From NCBI GenBank assembly GCA_043803405.1, contig JAZDKB010000003.1:32001-96000 (forward strand): DNA of 64,000 nt. Reading direction: 5' to 3'. This DNA comes from Spirochaetota bacterium. Lineage in GTDB: Bacteria; Spirochaetota; UBA4802; JAFGDQ01. The stretch's first letter is position 1. The number at the start of each line of letters is the position of its first letter. Under the pieces are notes generated by a model. That model had not been told where the DNA came from. It ran no database searches and saw nothing but the letters and a program-made list of their open reading frames with translations. Below, one piece after another: positions 20,142 to 30,718 of this stretch. Position numbers and translations under genes: made by a program.

Positions 20142-22376
20142 ATGAAAGCATTACTTGAAAAGCTAAACAGCAGCCAGAAAGAGGCTGTGCTCCATACTGA
20201 CGGGCCGCTGTTGATACTCGCCGGCGCTGGCTCGGGCAAAACAAGGGTGATTACGTGCAGGGTCGCTTATCTCATTAAAGAGAAGAAAATACGGCCGTAT
20301 AATATAATGGCAGTGACCTTTACCAACAAAGCCGCAGCAGAAATGAAAAAAAGAGTGATCGATCTTGTAGGCCCGGAAGGCATGAGCGTGTTCATTAAAA
20401 CATTTCATTCTGCGTCTGTGTATATATTAAGAAGGTTCGGTGAGAAGATCGGCATACCATCTTCCTTTTCAATTTACGACACAAGCGACCAGGAAGCTCT
20501 CATCAAAGATATTCTTATGGACATGCGGCTTGACCCGAAAAAAGTGAAACCGCGCATGATAGCTTCCAGAATTTCGGACATAAAGAACAAGGCTGAATAT
20601 TTTTCCGCAGGCCCGGACTCACTCATGCCGGCTAATCTGCCTTTTAATTTTCCGGAGATCTACAAGGTATACCACCAGCGCTTAAGGCGCCTGTGCGCTC
20701 TCGACTTTGACGACCTCCTCATTGAAACTGCGAAACTCCTGAGGGAATGCCCGGACGAGTTATCCAGAATGCAGAGCATGTGGCAATATTTCATGATAGA
20801 CGAATACCAGGATACGAATCACGCGCAGTACCTGATCTGCAAACACCTGTCTTCGGCTACGCGCAATCTGTGCGTGGTGGGCGACGACGATCAGTCCATT
20901 TACTCGTGGAGAGGAGCGGATATTCGCAACATCCTTACCTTTGAGAAGGACTACAAAGAAACCCGCGTAATAAAGCTGGAGGAAAACTACAGGTCAACAT
21001 CATCCATACTGGACTCGGCATTTTACGTTATTAAAAATAATCAGCAGCGCAAAGACAAGCGGCTGGTCGCAGTGCGTGGCGAGGGAGAGCCTGTGATCTG
21101 GTGCCGGGCAAATAACGAATACGGGGAAGCGGAATATGTCGTGAACACGATCATTTCCCTGAAAAACAGGGAAGGGCTTAAAAACAGGGACTTCGCGATA
21201 TTCTACAGGACGAACGCGCAGTCCAGGGTGTTTGAAGATTTTCTTAGAAGGGAAAACCTGCCCTACAGGATAGTAGGCGGGCTTAAGTTCTACGACAGAA
21301 AAGAGATAAAGGATATACTCGCATACTTAAGAGTAATCGCAAACCCTGCGGACACTGTCTCACTCCTAAGGGTAATAAATACGCCTGCGAGGGGGCTTGG
21401 AAGCGTAAGCATTGAAGCGCTCCGCGAGACTGCGGGTGCCGAAGGGCTTTCGGAGTGGGATATCATCGATAAGGGATACCCGATAAAAGGGAAAATCCCG
21501 AAAGGGCTGGCTGAGTTTAAAAATATTATTGCCAAAGGCATGGAGATGTCCCGCGACATTCCGGAAAAACTGAGCCTTGGTGATTTTGTAAACGAGATCA
21601 TCGAAATAACCGGATACAAAAAAGAACTGGAAGATGAAGATTCGATTGAGAGCAGGGCAAGGCTGGAAAACCTGGATGAGCTTCTGAACAGCATCTATGC
21701 TTACGAAGAAGTCAGTATGCAGGCGACCCTTAACGAATTTTTGCAGGATATTTCTCTTGTAACTTCCGAGGAGAATCCGGGCGAGGCGCCCGGCGAGACC
21801 GGCTCAATCACGCTCATGACAGTCCATATTGCAAAGGGGCTGGAGTTCCCTGTCGTTTTTTTAACAGGCATGGAGGAAGGGACATTCCCGCACAGCATGT
21901 CGAGCGACACTGAAGAAGGCCTCGAAGAAGAGAGAAGACTCTGCTACGTTGGAATCACGCGCGCAATGAACAGGCTTTATGTCACCAATGCCGAGATCAG
22001 AAGAAGCTACAGCGATCTGAGATATAAAATTCCTTCAAGATTTATTAATGAAATACCGGAAGAGCTGCTGGAGGTTGCCGAATTCCAGACCGGCGATTTT
22101 TCATTTGGCACAGTGCGCTCGTCCGATTTCCGGAAAGCAAATCCTGTCAGCACCCGCATTAATAGTGTACCGAAATATGAGCCGCCGGCAGCCATTGCGG
22201 AAAAGAAAAACAAAAGCCGCTATTCAGTAAAGGAAATTGTAATGCACCCCAAATACGGCACTGGCATCATCACAAGCATCAAAGGCGACGGGGACAATAC
22301 CAAGCTTACAATAAGCTTTAACGGCAGAAGCAAAACATTTCTCGAAAAATATGTTAACCTCGACAGGATGCGCTAG
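20142..22376 (+). CDS. pcrA: UvrD/PcrA DNA helicase
   Basis: AGAGSGKT, TFTNKAA, DEYQD, VGDDDQSIY, EEERRLCYVGITRA, C-terminal Tudor-like HPKYG domain. Confidence 0.95.
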   Translation: MKALLEKLNSSQKEAVLHTDGPLLILAGAGSGKTRVITCRVAYLIKEKKIRPYNIMAVTFTNKAAAEMKKRVIDLVGPEGMSVFIKTFHSASVYILRRFGEKIGIPSSFSIYDTSDQEALIKDILMDMRLDPKKVKPRMIASRISDIKNKAEYFSAGPDSLMPANLPFNFPEIYKVYHQRLRRLCALDFDDLLIETAKLLRECPDELSRMQSMWQYFMIDEYQDTNHAQYLICKHLSSATRNLCVVGDDDQSIYSWRGADIRNILTFEKDYKETRVIKLEENYRSTSSILDSAFYVIKNNQQRKDKRLVAVRGEGEPVIWCRANNEYGEAEYVVNTIISLKNREGLKNRDFAIFYRTNAQSRVFEDFLRRENLPYRIVGGLKFYDRKEIKDILAYLRVIANPADTVSLLRVINTPARGLGSVSIEALRETAGAEGLSEWDIIDKGYPIKGKIPKGLAEFKNIIAKGMEMSRDIPEKLSLGDFVNEIIEITGYKKELEDEDSIESRARLENLDELLNSIYAYEEVSMQATLNEFLQDISLVTSEENPGEAPGETGSITLMTVHIAKGLEFPVVFLTGMEEGTFPHSMSSDTEEGLEEERRLCYVGITRAMNRLYVTNAEIRRSYSDLRYKIPSRFINEIPEELLEVAEFQTGDFSFGTVRSSDFRKANPVSTRINSVPKYEPPAAIAEKKNKSRYSVKEIVMHPKYGTGIITSIKGDGDNTKLTISFNGRSKTFLEKYVNLDRMR

Positions 22377-22395
22377 CAGTTCAGAAAAATATTTC

Positions 22396-22433
22396 TTGAC
22401 AAATATGTACTAAATATGCATATTAATATGCAT
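22396..22433 (+). promoter_or_regulatory. vapBC promoter with perfect 18-bp operator-like palindrome
   Basis: TTGACA(22396)-N17-CATATT; ATGCATATTAATATGCAT at 22416-22433 overlaps the -10 box and the start codon. Confidence 0.6.
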
Positions 22434-22623
22434 GAGAACAACATTAAACATAAATGACCAAATACTAAAGAAAGCATCAGTGTTAACCGGTATATCAGAA
22501 AAGACAGCTCTGGTTCACAAAGGTCTTGAAGCATTAATAACTATTGAAAGTGCAAAACGACTTGCTGCCTTAGGCGGAACTGAAAAAGACGCAAAATATA
22601 TACCAAGAAGAAAATCCAAATGA
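22432..22623 (+). CDS. vapB: VapB antitoxin (DUF2191-like)
   Basis: MRTTLNIND..L..A..LTGI.EKTALV..GL.ALI...RLAALGG. Confidence 0.85.
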   Translation: MRTTLNINDQILKKASVLTGISEKTALVHKGLEALITIESAKRLAALGGTEKDAKYIPRRKSK

Positions 22624-22985
22624 TACTGGTAGATACATCAATTTGGATTGACCATTTAAAAAGAACAGACCCCAAACTATTTGAACTTCTTCATGAAGGG
22701 GAAGTCTGCACGCATCCATTCATAATTGGAGAGCTGGCCTCAGGAAACTTAAAAAATAGAGTCGAAATTATTCAATTATTAAAAGCTTTACCTGAAGTTC
22801 TTGTAGCAACTGATGATGAGGTTTTACAATTTATTGAAGAAAGACATCTATACGGTAAAGGTCTTAGCTACATTGACATACATTTATTAGCATCAACATT
22901 TATCAATAAAGTTTCATTATGGACAAAAGATAAACAGCTTTCAATAATCTATTTAGAAATAAATACGAAGAAAAATATTTTCTAA
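22620..22985 (+). CDS. vapC: PIN-domain toxin (VapC)
   Basis: MILVDTSIWIDH, HPFIIGELA, IDIHLLAS, LWTKDK; ATGA overlap with vapB. Confidence 0.9.
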   Translation: MILVDTSIWIDHLKRTDPKLFELLHEGEVCTHPFIIGELASGNLKNRVEIIQLLKALPEVLVATDDEVLQFIEERHLYGKGLSYIDIHLLASTFINKVSLWTKDKQLSIIYLEINTKKNIF

Positions 22986-23207
22986 CATTTAAAAAAGTAT
23001 GTCAAGAACCGCAAGCTGGTTAAGTTAGGATATTGCTCCAAGAATCCAAACTGCCTTGCTTATGAATATCTGCATCACGGTTAATGCATCTTATTATTTC
23101 GTTGACATAATAAATAATTATATTATTATTAAATAAAGTAAGGACGAATGATTATTCGCCTTTACGGAATATTGAACTTTATTTTTAACTTTTTAAAGAG
23201 GAAACTT

Positions 23208-23522
23208 ATGGCAAATTTAACTGAAATTAATGACAATAACTTTAAATCGGAAGTCCTGGAAGCAAAAGGAAAAATCCTTGTGGATTTCTGGGCGCCCTGG
23301 TGCGGGCCGTGCAGAATGCAGGGGCCTATACTTGAAAAACTTGCGACATCCGGTGAAATAAAAGCAAAAATCGTTAAAGTCAACACAGACGAAAGCCCGG
23401 GTACGGCAGGCAAATTTGGAATTCAATCCATACCCACGCTTATTATTTTTGAAAACGGCAAAGAAGTCGACAGAATGGTAGGTACTCAGCCGGAAAACGT
23501 TCTTAAAGGAAAACTTCAGTAA
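23208..23522 (+). CDS. trxA: Thioredoxin
   Basis: WAPWCGPC, SIPTL; start placed at ATG 23208 behind a gagg RBS. Confidence 0.95.
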   Translation: MANLTEINDNNFKSEVLEAKGKILVDFWAPWCGPCRMQGPILEKLATSGEIKAKIVKVNTDESPGTAGKFGIQSIPTLIIFENGKEVDRMVGTQPENVLKGKLQ

Positions 23523-23525
23523 AAT

Positions 23526-23725
23526 ATAAAAATATGCCACGGAGACACAGAGGCAGACGTTTGTTGCGACATCCTGTCGCCGTCTGCACCTTGCCATCCT
23601 GGCAAATGCCAATAAGTTTAACTTTTTTAAAAAAGTATAACATACTATTAATTTTAGAGAAATTTCTCAATAAAAACAACCTTATTCGAAGATAAATCCT
23701 TTGTGCCTCTGTGGCATATTTTTAT
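23526..23725. repeat. 200-bp MITE/REP-like element with 28-bp terminal inverted repeats and internal CATCCTG hairpins
   Basis: ataaaaatatgccacggagacacagagg (23526-23553) vs cctttgtgcctctgtggcatatttttat (23698-23725), 3 mismatches; internal gcgaca-tcc-tgtcgc and ttgcca-tcc-tggcaa. Confidence 0.7.
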
Positions 23726-23765
23726 TATAAGACAGCCCCAACATATATTTCCAAATAATTTTCAT

Positions 23766-23792
23766 TCAGTTTATCAACTAACCTATCGATAT
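23766..23792 (+). promoter_or_regulatory. Possible sigma28 (FliA) promoter upstream of fliK
   Basis: TCAG-N15-ATCGATAT resembles TAAA-N15-GCCGATAA, ~60 nt before fliK; match is imperfect. Confidence 0.3.
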
Positions 23793-23854
23793 TATTAATC
23801 AGTTAAGTCTATAATTGCAGAATAATTAAAAAATTATTTAATCAGGAATCATTA

Positions 23855-25339
23855 ATGAATAATTTTAATAATCTCGGTTTTATTAAAACTCTGGAAAATC
23901 CGGTAACTCCTCATTCGAATTCCTCGAATTTTTTAAAGGAACTTCCGATCCCGAGTCAAAGTTTTAATAACATTCTTCAGGATCAACTTAATAATCCATC
24001 GTATTCAGGCGAGTTATTCGGAGAGGTCAGCAGGCATGATCCGTATAATAACGATATAGCAAGTACAGAAAAACCTATATATGAAAAATATGATTTAAAA
24101 ACAACTGATAAAACTGAAAAGAATGAAGAAATTACTGACAAAGAAAACCCATCCGGAGTCAGCAAAGATATTAATTATTTAAATAACGAAAAAGACAATA
24201 TTCACAATATATCCAACAACCAAAACGAAAAAACCGATGATAAATCCGAACTTGCCGGCGCCGATAAAACCCATAAAGATGTTCAGGATTCCGCTCTAAG
24301 AACAAAAAAAACTAATAATAAAGAAAAAGCATCTGAAATTGAAGATCCTTCTTTGTTGTTAAAAGAAATAAATTATATTTTAAATATGATTAAGGGAGCA
24401 CCTTTTGAAAAAAGGCAAATACAGGAGATTAAATCGGTTTTATCTGAATTAAAAAACAGTCTCATAACAAAGAATGATAATCCGGATAAAAATATAATTA
24501 CACAGAACAGCCTTGAATTGAAAAAAATGCTGGAGAAACTTAAAAGCTTAATTGAAACCGCGAATGAGCGTTCCGGCATTAAGCGCCTGAATTTCGACAA
24601 CAAAGATGTTATTGCAAAGACTGAAAAAAGCGGGGATATACGCGATATAGAGGATCTTAAAAAACAAATATCAAAACTTATCGAAGATCTGAAACAGAAT
24701 ATAAATCATAAAAAAACCGAAAATATTTTCAGCAAAATCGAAGATGTTAATGAAAATAAAAATCTGAATGTTCAAAAAGTTCTTCAGGAAAATACTTCGG
24801 CCGACAAAAGCGAAAACGCACAGGCGAAGGATAATTCGTCCGGCTTCAATTTCTCCTCGCAAAGAAAAGAAGTGGAAAGTACAGGATCGAGCCTTCACAA
24901 AGGAAATGCCGCAGGAACCGAGAGAAGAAACGCGTTCGAGGATCAGCTTGATGCGGTGATGCAGAATGCAAGGATAGTTGTGCGCGACAGCAAAAACGGA
25001 AGCTTCTCCATAAGGCTGCAGCCCGAGTCGCTCGGCACAGTCAACGTAAACCTAAACCTTGAGCAGGGCGTCATTATGGGAAGATTTCTCGTGGACAGCG
25101 CAGAAGCAAAAGAAGTCCTGCTCGAGAATATGCAGTCTGTAATTGAGCGCCTTCAGGATAACGGAATTTCGGTCGGCGAATTCAACGTAAATGTCCGGGA
25201 AAATAAAAGTTCATTTTCCGGATTCAGAGAGGATGCATTGCCGCATATTATCAATCATAAAGAACCGGTAACTGCAGGCAATGAATATGAAATAAATTCG
25301 CATTACATGCACGATGGTGCCATAGATCTCATTATATAA
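23855..25339 (+). CDS. fliK: Flagellar hook-length control protein
   Basis: Low-complexity N-terminus; C-terminal IRLQPESLGTVNV...L...L.D.GI FliK domain; directly upstream of flgD. Confidence 0.85.
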   Translation: MNNFNNLGFIKTLENPVTPHSNSSNFLKELPIPSQSFNNILQDQLNNPSYSGELFGEVSRHDPYNNDIASTEKPIYEKYDLKTTDKTEKNEEITDKENPSGVSKDINYLNNEKDNIHNISNNQNEKTDDKSELAGADKTHKDVQDSALRTKKTNNKEKASEIEDPSLLLKEINYILNMIKGAPFEKRQIQEIKSVLSELKNSLITKNDNPDKNIITQNSLELKKMLEKLKSLIETANERSGIKRLNFDNKDVIAKTEKSGDIRDIEDLKKQISKLIEDLKQNINHKKTENIFSKIEDVNENKNLNVQKVLQENTSADKSENAQAKDNSSGFNFSSQRKEVESTGSSLHKGNAAGTERRNAFEDQLDAVMQNARIVVRDSKNGSFSIRLQPESLGTVNVNLNLEQGVIMGRFLVDSAEAKEVLLENMQSVIERLQDNGISVGEFNVNVRENKSSFSGFREDALPHIINHKEPVTAGNEYEINSHYMHDGAIDLII

Positions 25340-25410
25340 ACAGAGACATATAACCATTTGTACTTTAGACACAAATAAGACATTATTTATTTTTTAATAA
25401 AAGGTATGTT

Positions 25411-25944
25411 ATGGAAAATAATTCAGCAGCAATTACAAATTCAGTAAAAAAGCAAAACACAAATAACACTATAACAAATTCCCCCAGAAAAAATAAAGTG
25501 GGGAATGAAAATCTGGATAAAGACGCTTTTCTAAAACTTCTGGTTACGGAACTGAGACATCAGGACCCGACCCAGCCTATGGAAAACAAGGAATTCATAT
25601 CGCAAATGGCACAGTTTTCCGCGCTGGAGCAAATGACAAACGTAAACAAATCGATTCAGCAGCTTAACAAAACTTCCAGATCAGCAGAAGCGTATTCACT
25701 TCTCGGTAAAAACGTCAAAGCGTTCGATCCGGCATCCGGCATAAAGGTTGAGGGAGCAGTCACTTCAATATTTTACAAAAACGACGAAATAAGACTTATG
25801 GTAAATGGAAAGGAAATCGGATTAAATGATATTCATTCAGTATACACAAATGATCCGGAAAATAAAACCGGGAAAGCAAACGTAACGGATTATAATCCTA
25901 AAGATAATAAGAATAATAACGATACTAATAAAGCAGGGAATTAA
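25411..25944 (+). CDS. flgD: Flagellar hook capping protein
   Basis: LDKDAFLKLLVTELRHQDPTQPM...QMAQFSALEQM. Confidence 0.95.
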   Translation: MENNSAAITNSVKKQNTNNTITNSPRKNKVGNENLDKDAFLKLLVTELRHQDPTQPMENKEFISQMAQFSALEQMTNVNKSIQQLNKTSRSAEAYSLLGKNVKAFDPASGIKVEGAVTSIFYKNDEIRLMVNGKEIGLNDIHSVYTNDPENKTGKANVTDYNPKDNKNNNDTNKAGN

Positions 25945-25997
25945 TTTTTTTATTACATTTTGTTTAAAAAAAATTTGGATCCAGGAGCAAAATCGCC

Positions 25998-27371
25998 ATG
26001 ATGAGATCACTTTTTTCCGGTGTTTCCGGATTAAAAAACCATCAAACCAGAATGGACGTAGTCGGCAACAATATTTCCAATGTAAATACTTACGGGTTTA
26101 AAACCAGCAGGGTAACTTTCCAGGATATGTTGTCGCAAACAATTGCAGGCGCAGCGAAACCGGAAGAGAACAAGGGCGGAGTTAATCCAAAACAGGTTGG
26201 GCTGGGAATGACCATAGCATCGATCGACAGGCTCTTTACACAGGGAAGCCTGCAGACGACCGGGAACCAGACCGACATGGCTATATCGGGAGACGGATTC
26301 TTTATTACCGGGAAAGGCGATAAAAAATATTATACAAGAGCAGGCAATTTTACTTTGGACAAAGACGGCTCGCTCGTAAGCCCGGCTAACGGCTTAAGAG
26401 TTCAGGGCTGGATGGCTACACGAAATGAGAAAGGCGAAAAAGTTGTAAATACATCCGGAACAGTTGAAGACCTGGTTGTCCCCATATACGGTAAAGTTGA
26501 AGCGAAAGAAACGACATACTTAAAATATAAATGCAATCTTGATGCCAAAATGCCGGTGCTGCCTCCGAACGCTACAGGCGCAATGAGGGCTTCTGCCGGC
26601 GTTACGACAAACATTGATGTTTACGACAAACTGGGCGACCCTCACAGGCTGACCCTCACGTTCTGGAAAACAGCGCCGAATCAGTGGACAGCTTCGGCAG
26701 GCATAACCGGCGCACTCGGCCCGGTAATGCTCGACGTGCCTGCTGGCGCTAACCAGGCCGACCAGGCTAACACATCCAACAGAATGAACCTGCGCTTTTC
26801 TCCTGAAGGAAGGCTTATTTCCGTCGCGGACGAAAGCAGTCCGGACGAACTGAATCAGGGGAGTCTTGGGGTCAATTTTAAATACAGAATCGCGGGCGAC
26901 CCGACTGTCAGGACAATCAACATGGATATCGGCAAAGCCGGACTGGTTGAAGGTATTACCCAGTATTCAAGCCCTTCTACGACCAAAGCTGTTGAGCAGA
27001 ACGGCTTCACAATGGGATACATGGAAGCATTTAATATAGACGATTCCGGCGTTATTACCGGAGTATATTCAAACGGTACAAAAGAGACAATCGGACAGGT
27101 CGGTATGGCTGTGTTTAATAATCCGGGCGGCCTTACCGCGAACGGCGAGAACCTGTTTGAGACATCGAACAACTCAGGAATGCCGAACATAGGAGCCGCT
27201 TCCGAAGCAGGCAGAGGGAAGATAGTAGCAGGAACACTGGAAATGTCGAACGTTGATCTTTCTGACCAGTTTACGGATATGATCATTACTCAGCGCGGAT
27301 TTCAGGCTAATTCGAGAACAATAGTTACATCTGATCAAATGCTTCAGGAATTAATTAACCTTAAGAGATAA
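25998..27371 (+). CDS. flgE: Flagellar hook protein
   Basis: MMRSLFSGVSGL...GNNISNVNT, YTRAGNF, LEMSNVDL...QRGFQANSR. Confidence 0.97.
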   Translation: MMRSLFSGVSGLKNHQTRMDVVGNNISNVNTYGFKTSRVTFQDMLSQTIAGAAKPEENKGGVNPKQVGLGMTIASIDRLFTQGSLQTTGNQTDMAISGDGFFITGKGDKKYYTRAGNFTLDKDGSLVSPANGLRVQGWMATRNEKGEKVVNTSGTVEDLVVPIYGKVEAKETTYLKYKCNLDAKMPVLPPNATGAMRASAGVTTNIDVYDKLGDPHRLTLTFWKTAPNQWTASAGITGALGPVMLDVPAGANQADQANTSNRMNLRFSPEGRLISVADESSPDELNQGSLGVNFKYRIAGDPTVRTINMDIGKAGLVEGITQYSSPSTTKAVEQNGFTMGYMEAFNIDDSGVITGVYSNGTKETIGQVGMAVFNNPGGLTANGENLFETSNNSGMPNIGAASEAGRGKIVAGTLEMSNVDLSDQFTDMIITQRGFQANSRTIVTSDQMLQELINLKR

Positions 27372-27382
27372 AGTCTGATTAA

Positions 27383-27435
27383 GAGTGCTTTCTAAAATCC
27401 ATTTGATAATTATTATCGGATTTTAGGACGCACTC
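27383..27435. terminator. Long inverted repeat between convergent genes (terminator or MITE remnant)
   Basis: gagtgctttctaaaatcc / ggattttaggacgcactc, 18 bp with 2 mismatches. Confidence 0.5.
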
Positions 27436-27436
27436 A

Positions 27437-28702
27437 TTAATCGATAATAACAGGCAGCATAATTTGCGCCAGCACACTGCTCTTTGCCCGGTTCTCAATA
27501 TGATCCTTTACATCATGTATTAAAAAAATTCCCCCGTGCTTCCTTGTTATATTATCAACAATCGTCAGCCCCAGGCCAAGGCCGATTTTTTCAACTTTCT
27601 GAATGCTTTCATCAGGCGGCAGAATTCTGAAAAAAGGTTCAAGAACAAGTTTTTCGTATTTTTGAGGTATTCCGCCGTAAGGATTCTCAGTTATTTCATT
27701 CATAGTGCAAATCCACAGGTAACCTTCTTTTATAAATGAAAAGAGATTTATAGTGCTGCCATGAACCGAATATTTATACGCATTAATAACAAGTTCTTCT
27801 ATTATCAAAGTTAATTTCTCGAGATTAATATTCAAATTACAGTTTGTTTTAAGTTCAGGGTATGTTATTTTTAAATTTTTTTTCTCAAGATAAGGTACAA
27901 CATCTTTTACCATTCCGGGAATAGCCGATATCAATACTGCTGAATTTGTTACATCAAAAGCAAAAACATTCTCAAGCAAATTTGAAATCTCGTGCAGCCA
28001 TTTAAGCTGCTCCGTGCACATTTCATAATTATCGATAAGAAGATTAATCATTTCTTTATCTATTGAATATGCATTGCCCTCGTCTTTTTTTGCATTATTA
28101 ATAATATCGATAATAGTAAGCAAAGAACCGAAACCTTTCCCCTGTGTCAGGGAAGTCTTAAGATTATAAATGGATTTAATTTCAGCATATTCCTTTGCAG
28201 CAACTCTTCTGTCCTCTTTATAATTCAGCCATTCCAGATGATTCCTGATTTTTAAGGAAGCTGCATTCGATAACTCGGCTTCCATATCTCTAAGATTTTT
28301 GTATTCCAGGCTTTTTCTAATAACCTTCTGAAACAGATCCGGATCCAATGGTTTAATTAAATAATCAAAAACACCCAATTTCATAATATCTATGATCGTA
28401 TCGGATGAATCAAGCGCAGTCTGGACCAGTATTACAGCATCGGGAATTTTTTCTTTAAGCTTTTTAATAAATGTCTTCCCATCCATTACAGGCATCATTA
28501 AATCCACAATATAAATGGAAAAGGATTTTTTTTCCATAAGTTCCAGTCCCTTCTGCCCGTTCTCGGCAATTTCGCAAGGAACATCCATATTTCTGCACAA
28601 CTCGTTCAGCAAATCCTGATTTTCCTTTACATCTTCCAGAATTAATATAGGGGCTTTAATACTATATTTACTGATAACCATATTCCCGTTTCTGGCAGCC
28701 AT
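27437..28702 (-). CDS. Response regulator receiver + HATPase domain protein (atypical hybrid kinase)
   Basis: REC (LEDV, VDLMMP.MDG, IKP); ELVINAYKY N-box and GLGLGL G2-box; no clear H-box. Confidence 0.8.
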   Translation of the reverse strand: MAARNGNMVISKYSIKAPILILEDVKENQDLLNELCRNMDVPCEIAENGQKGLELMEKKSFSIYIVDLMMPVMDGKTFIKKLKEKIPDAVILVQTALDSSDTIIDIMKLGVFDYLIKPLDPDLFQKVIRKSLEYKNLRDMEAELSNAASLKIRNHLEWLNYKEDRRVAAKEYAEIKSIYNLKTSLTQGKGFGSLLTIIDIINNAKKDEGNAYSIDKEMINLLIDNYEMCTEQLKWLHEISNLLENVFAFDVTNSAVLISAIPGMVKDVVPYLEKKNLKITYPELKTNCNLNINLEKLTLIIEELVINAYKYSVHGSTINLFSFIKEGYLWICTMNEITENPYGGIPQKYEKLVLEPFFRILPPDESIQKVEKIGLGLGLTIVDNITRKHGGIFLIHDVKDHIENRAKSSVLAQIMLPVIID

Positions 28703-28823
28703 TATTTTTCCCCTGTTTACAAGCCGGTTTATTAAGTAAAATACATGTCACTTATCAGATCGTTTATAAGATCAACCTGTCGAAAAAATATTTTAAACAA
28801 GCAACTATAAATTGTCCGTCAGT

Positions 28824-30398
28824 TCAGTTTATTATCTGGGACGTTTCAATAACCGGAATTGATATAGTAAACGTAGTTCCCAGTCCTTCAATGCTCTTTA
28901 AAGAAATTGATCCGTTATGCGCATCGATTATTTTCTTTACAATGCTAAGGCCTATCCCTGCCCCCTGCCTTTCCCTTATTAAACCATTCTCACCCATGCA
29001 AAATGCTTCAAATAACCGATCCTGAACTTCTTTTTTTATTCCTATACCGTTATCTGCTATGTCCACTTCTATAGATTTATTTTTTCTGCGGGTGTTTATC
29101 TTAATATGCCCGTCATCCTTTGTAAATTTTACAGTATTGGATAACAGCTGAAGAAACATCTGCTCCAGCCTGCTTTCATCACCAAGTATAAGCGAATCGT
29201 TATTCTCATTTATATATTCTATTTTCCTGTTTTGAGTTGCAGTTTTCTCTCTAAAAATATTGATACAGGAAAGCAATACTGAATCTATTCTTGTAGGTTT
29301 TTTTTCGAATTTAATTTTTCCCGAATCTATCCTTACAAGGTCCAGTATATTATTTATTATCTCAAGCAATCTCATACCGGAATTATTAATATTTTCCAGA
29401 TATTCGCCGTAAGTGTTACTGTTGTAGCCGTTTTTCATTAATTTGGAAAATCCGATTATTGAGTTAAGCGGGGTTCTTAGCTCGTGGCTCATATTTGCTA
29501 TAAATTCGCCCTTTGCCCTGTTGGCTGTTTCCGACATTTCCTTTGAACACATAAGCTCAAATGTACGTTCTTTAATTAATTCTTCAAGGTTATCGCGATG
29601 TTTTTTTAATTCTTCCTCCCCTGCCTTGCGCTCTGTTATATCCCTGGAATTGACTATTACACATGATACGATCCCGTTTTCGTTCACCACAGGGCTGAAC
29701 TTTGATTCCAGAGTGCGCCATAATCCGGTTTTAAGTTTAAACCTGTATTCCTTAACCAGAAAAGAATACAGATTTTTAACCAGTCCTGTATATTCAGTAA
29801 TAAGCTTTTGTTTATTATCAGAATGAACAAAATTAAAAAAATTCTCGCCAATAAGTTCTATAGGTTCATACCCGAACTGGGATTCAATGGAAGGGCTTTT
29901 GTATAATATTATTCCGTCAGTATCGATTATGCTTATTATGTCGGACCCGTTTTCAACCATCATTCTGAACTCTTTTTCTTTGCTGAGCATATTCATTTCT
30001 GTTAATTTCCGCTCAATGGCAAAATCGATCGACTTCTCCAGCAAGTTAGCGTTAAAGTCTCCTTTAACCAGATAGTCCTGCGCCCCAAGAGAAATCGCCT
30101 TTGGGCCGATCTCATTAGTGTATGCTCCGGTAATTACTACAATGGGTATCCCCGGCCTTTTTTGATTAATAACCTGCAATGTGTGCAGATTAGTGCTGTC
30201 CGGCAGATTCAAATCCAGAAGTATTGCATCAAAGTCTTTCGTATCTAATTTCGATATAGCCGATGAAAGAGTTTCTGCATGTTCAACAATATATGTGTAT
30301 TTTATTGAACTTGAAAACATATCGTGCAATAAATAAATAATTGATTTTTGATCCTCAACAATTAGCACTTTCAGGGTCTTGGCCGGAGCTTCTTTCAT
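28824..30398 (-). CDS. Hybrid sensor histidine kinase REC-PAS-HisKA-HATPase
   Basis: LLDLNLPD, PAS, MSHELRTPLNSI, DNGIGI, GAGIGL. Confidence 0.92.
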   Translation of the reverse strand: MKEAPAKTLKVLIVEDQKSIIYLLHDMFSSSIKYTYIVEHAETLSSAISKLDTKDFDAILLDLNLPDSTNLHTLQVINQKRPGIPIVVITGAYTNEIGPKAISLGAQDYLVKGDFNANLLEKSIDFAIERKLTEMNMLSKEKEFRMMVENGSDIISIIDTDGIILYKSPSIESQFGYEPIELIGENFFNFVHSDNKQKLITEYTGLVKNLYSFLVKEYRFKLKTGLWRTLESKFSPVVNENGIVSCVIVNSRDITERKAGEEELKKHRDNLEELIKERTFELMCSKEMSETANRAKGEFIANMSHELRTPLNSIIGFSKLMKNGYNSNTYGEYLENINNSGMRLLEIINNILDLVRIDSGKIKFEKKPTRIDSVLLSCINIFREKTATQNRKIEYINENNDSLILGDESRLEQMFLQLLSNTVKFTKDDGHIKINTRRKNKSIEVDIADNGIGIKKEVQDRLFEAFCMGENGLIRERQGAGIGLSIVKKIIDAHNGSISLKSIEGLGTTFTISIPVIETSQIIN

Positions 30399-30718
30399 AG
30401 AAATTCTTTATATACACAATATCAGTAAGTTAGTTTTAAAAGTAATCTTTTAATTTCCGGAAATATCCATGAAATGGCTTACATGAAAATTTTCAGAGGC
30501 ATCATTTATAAATTGAATTATATCCCAGAGCTGTAAAAAAGTCAAAAAAAATATTGAAATGAATTTTTATATTAAAAAATATTTTTCTGGTTGAAAACCG
30601 CATATATAATATTAGAAGATTTATTATTTGTATTTATTTAATAGCCTATATATTAATTTATCCGATTATGAATTATTTTGTATTACATATAGCGTTTAAC
30701 GAATATTAATTTAGAGCC

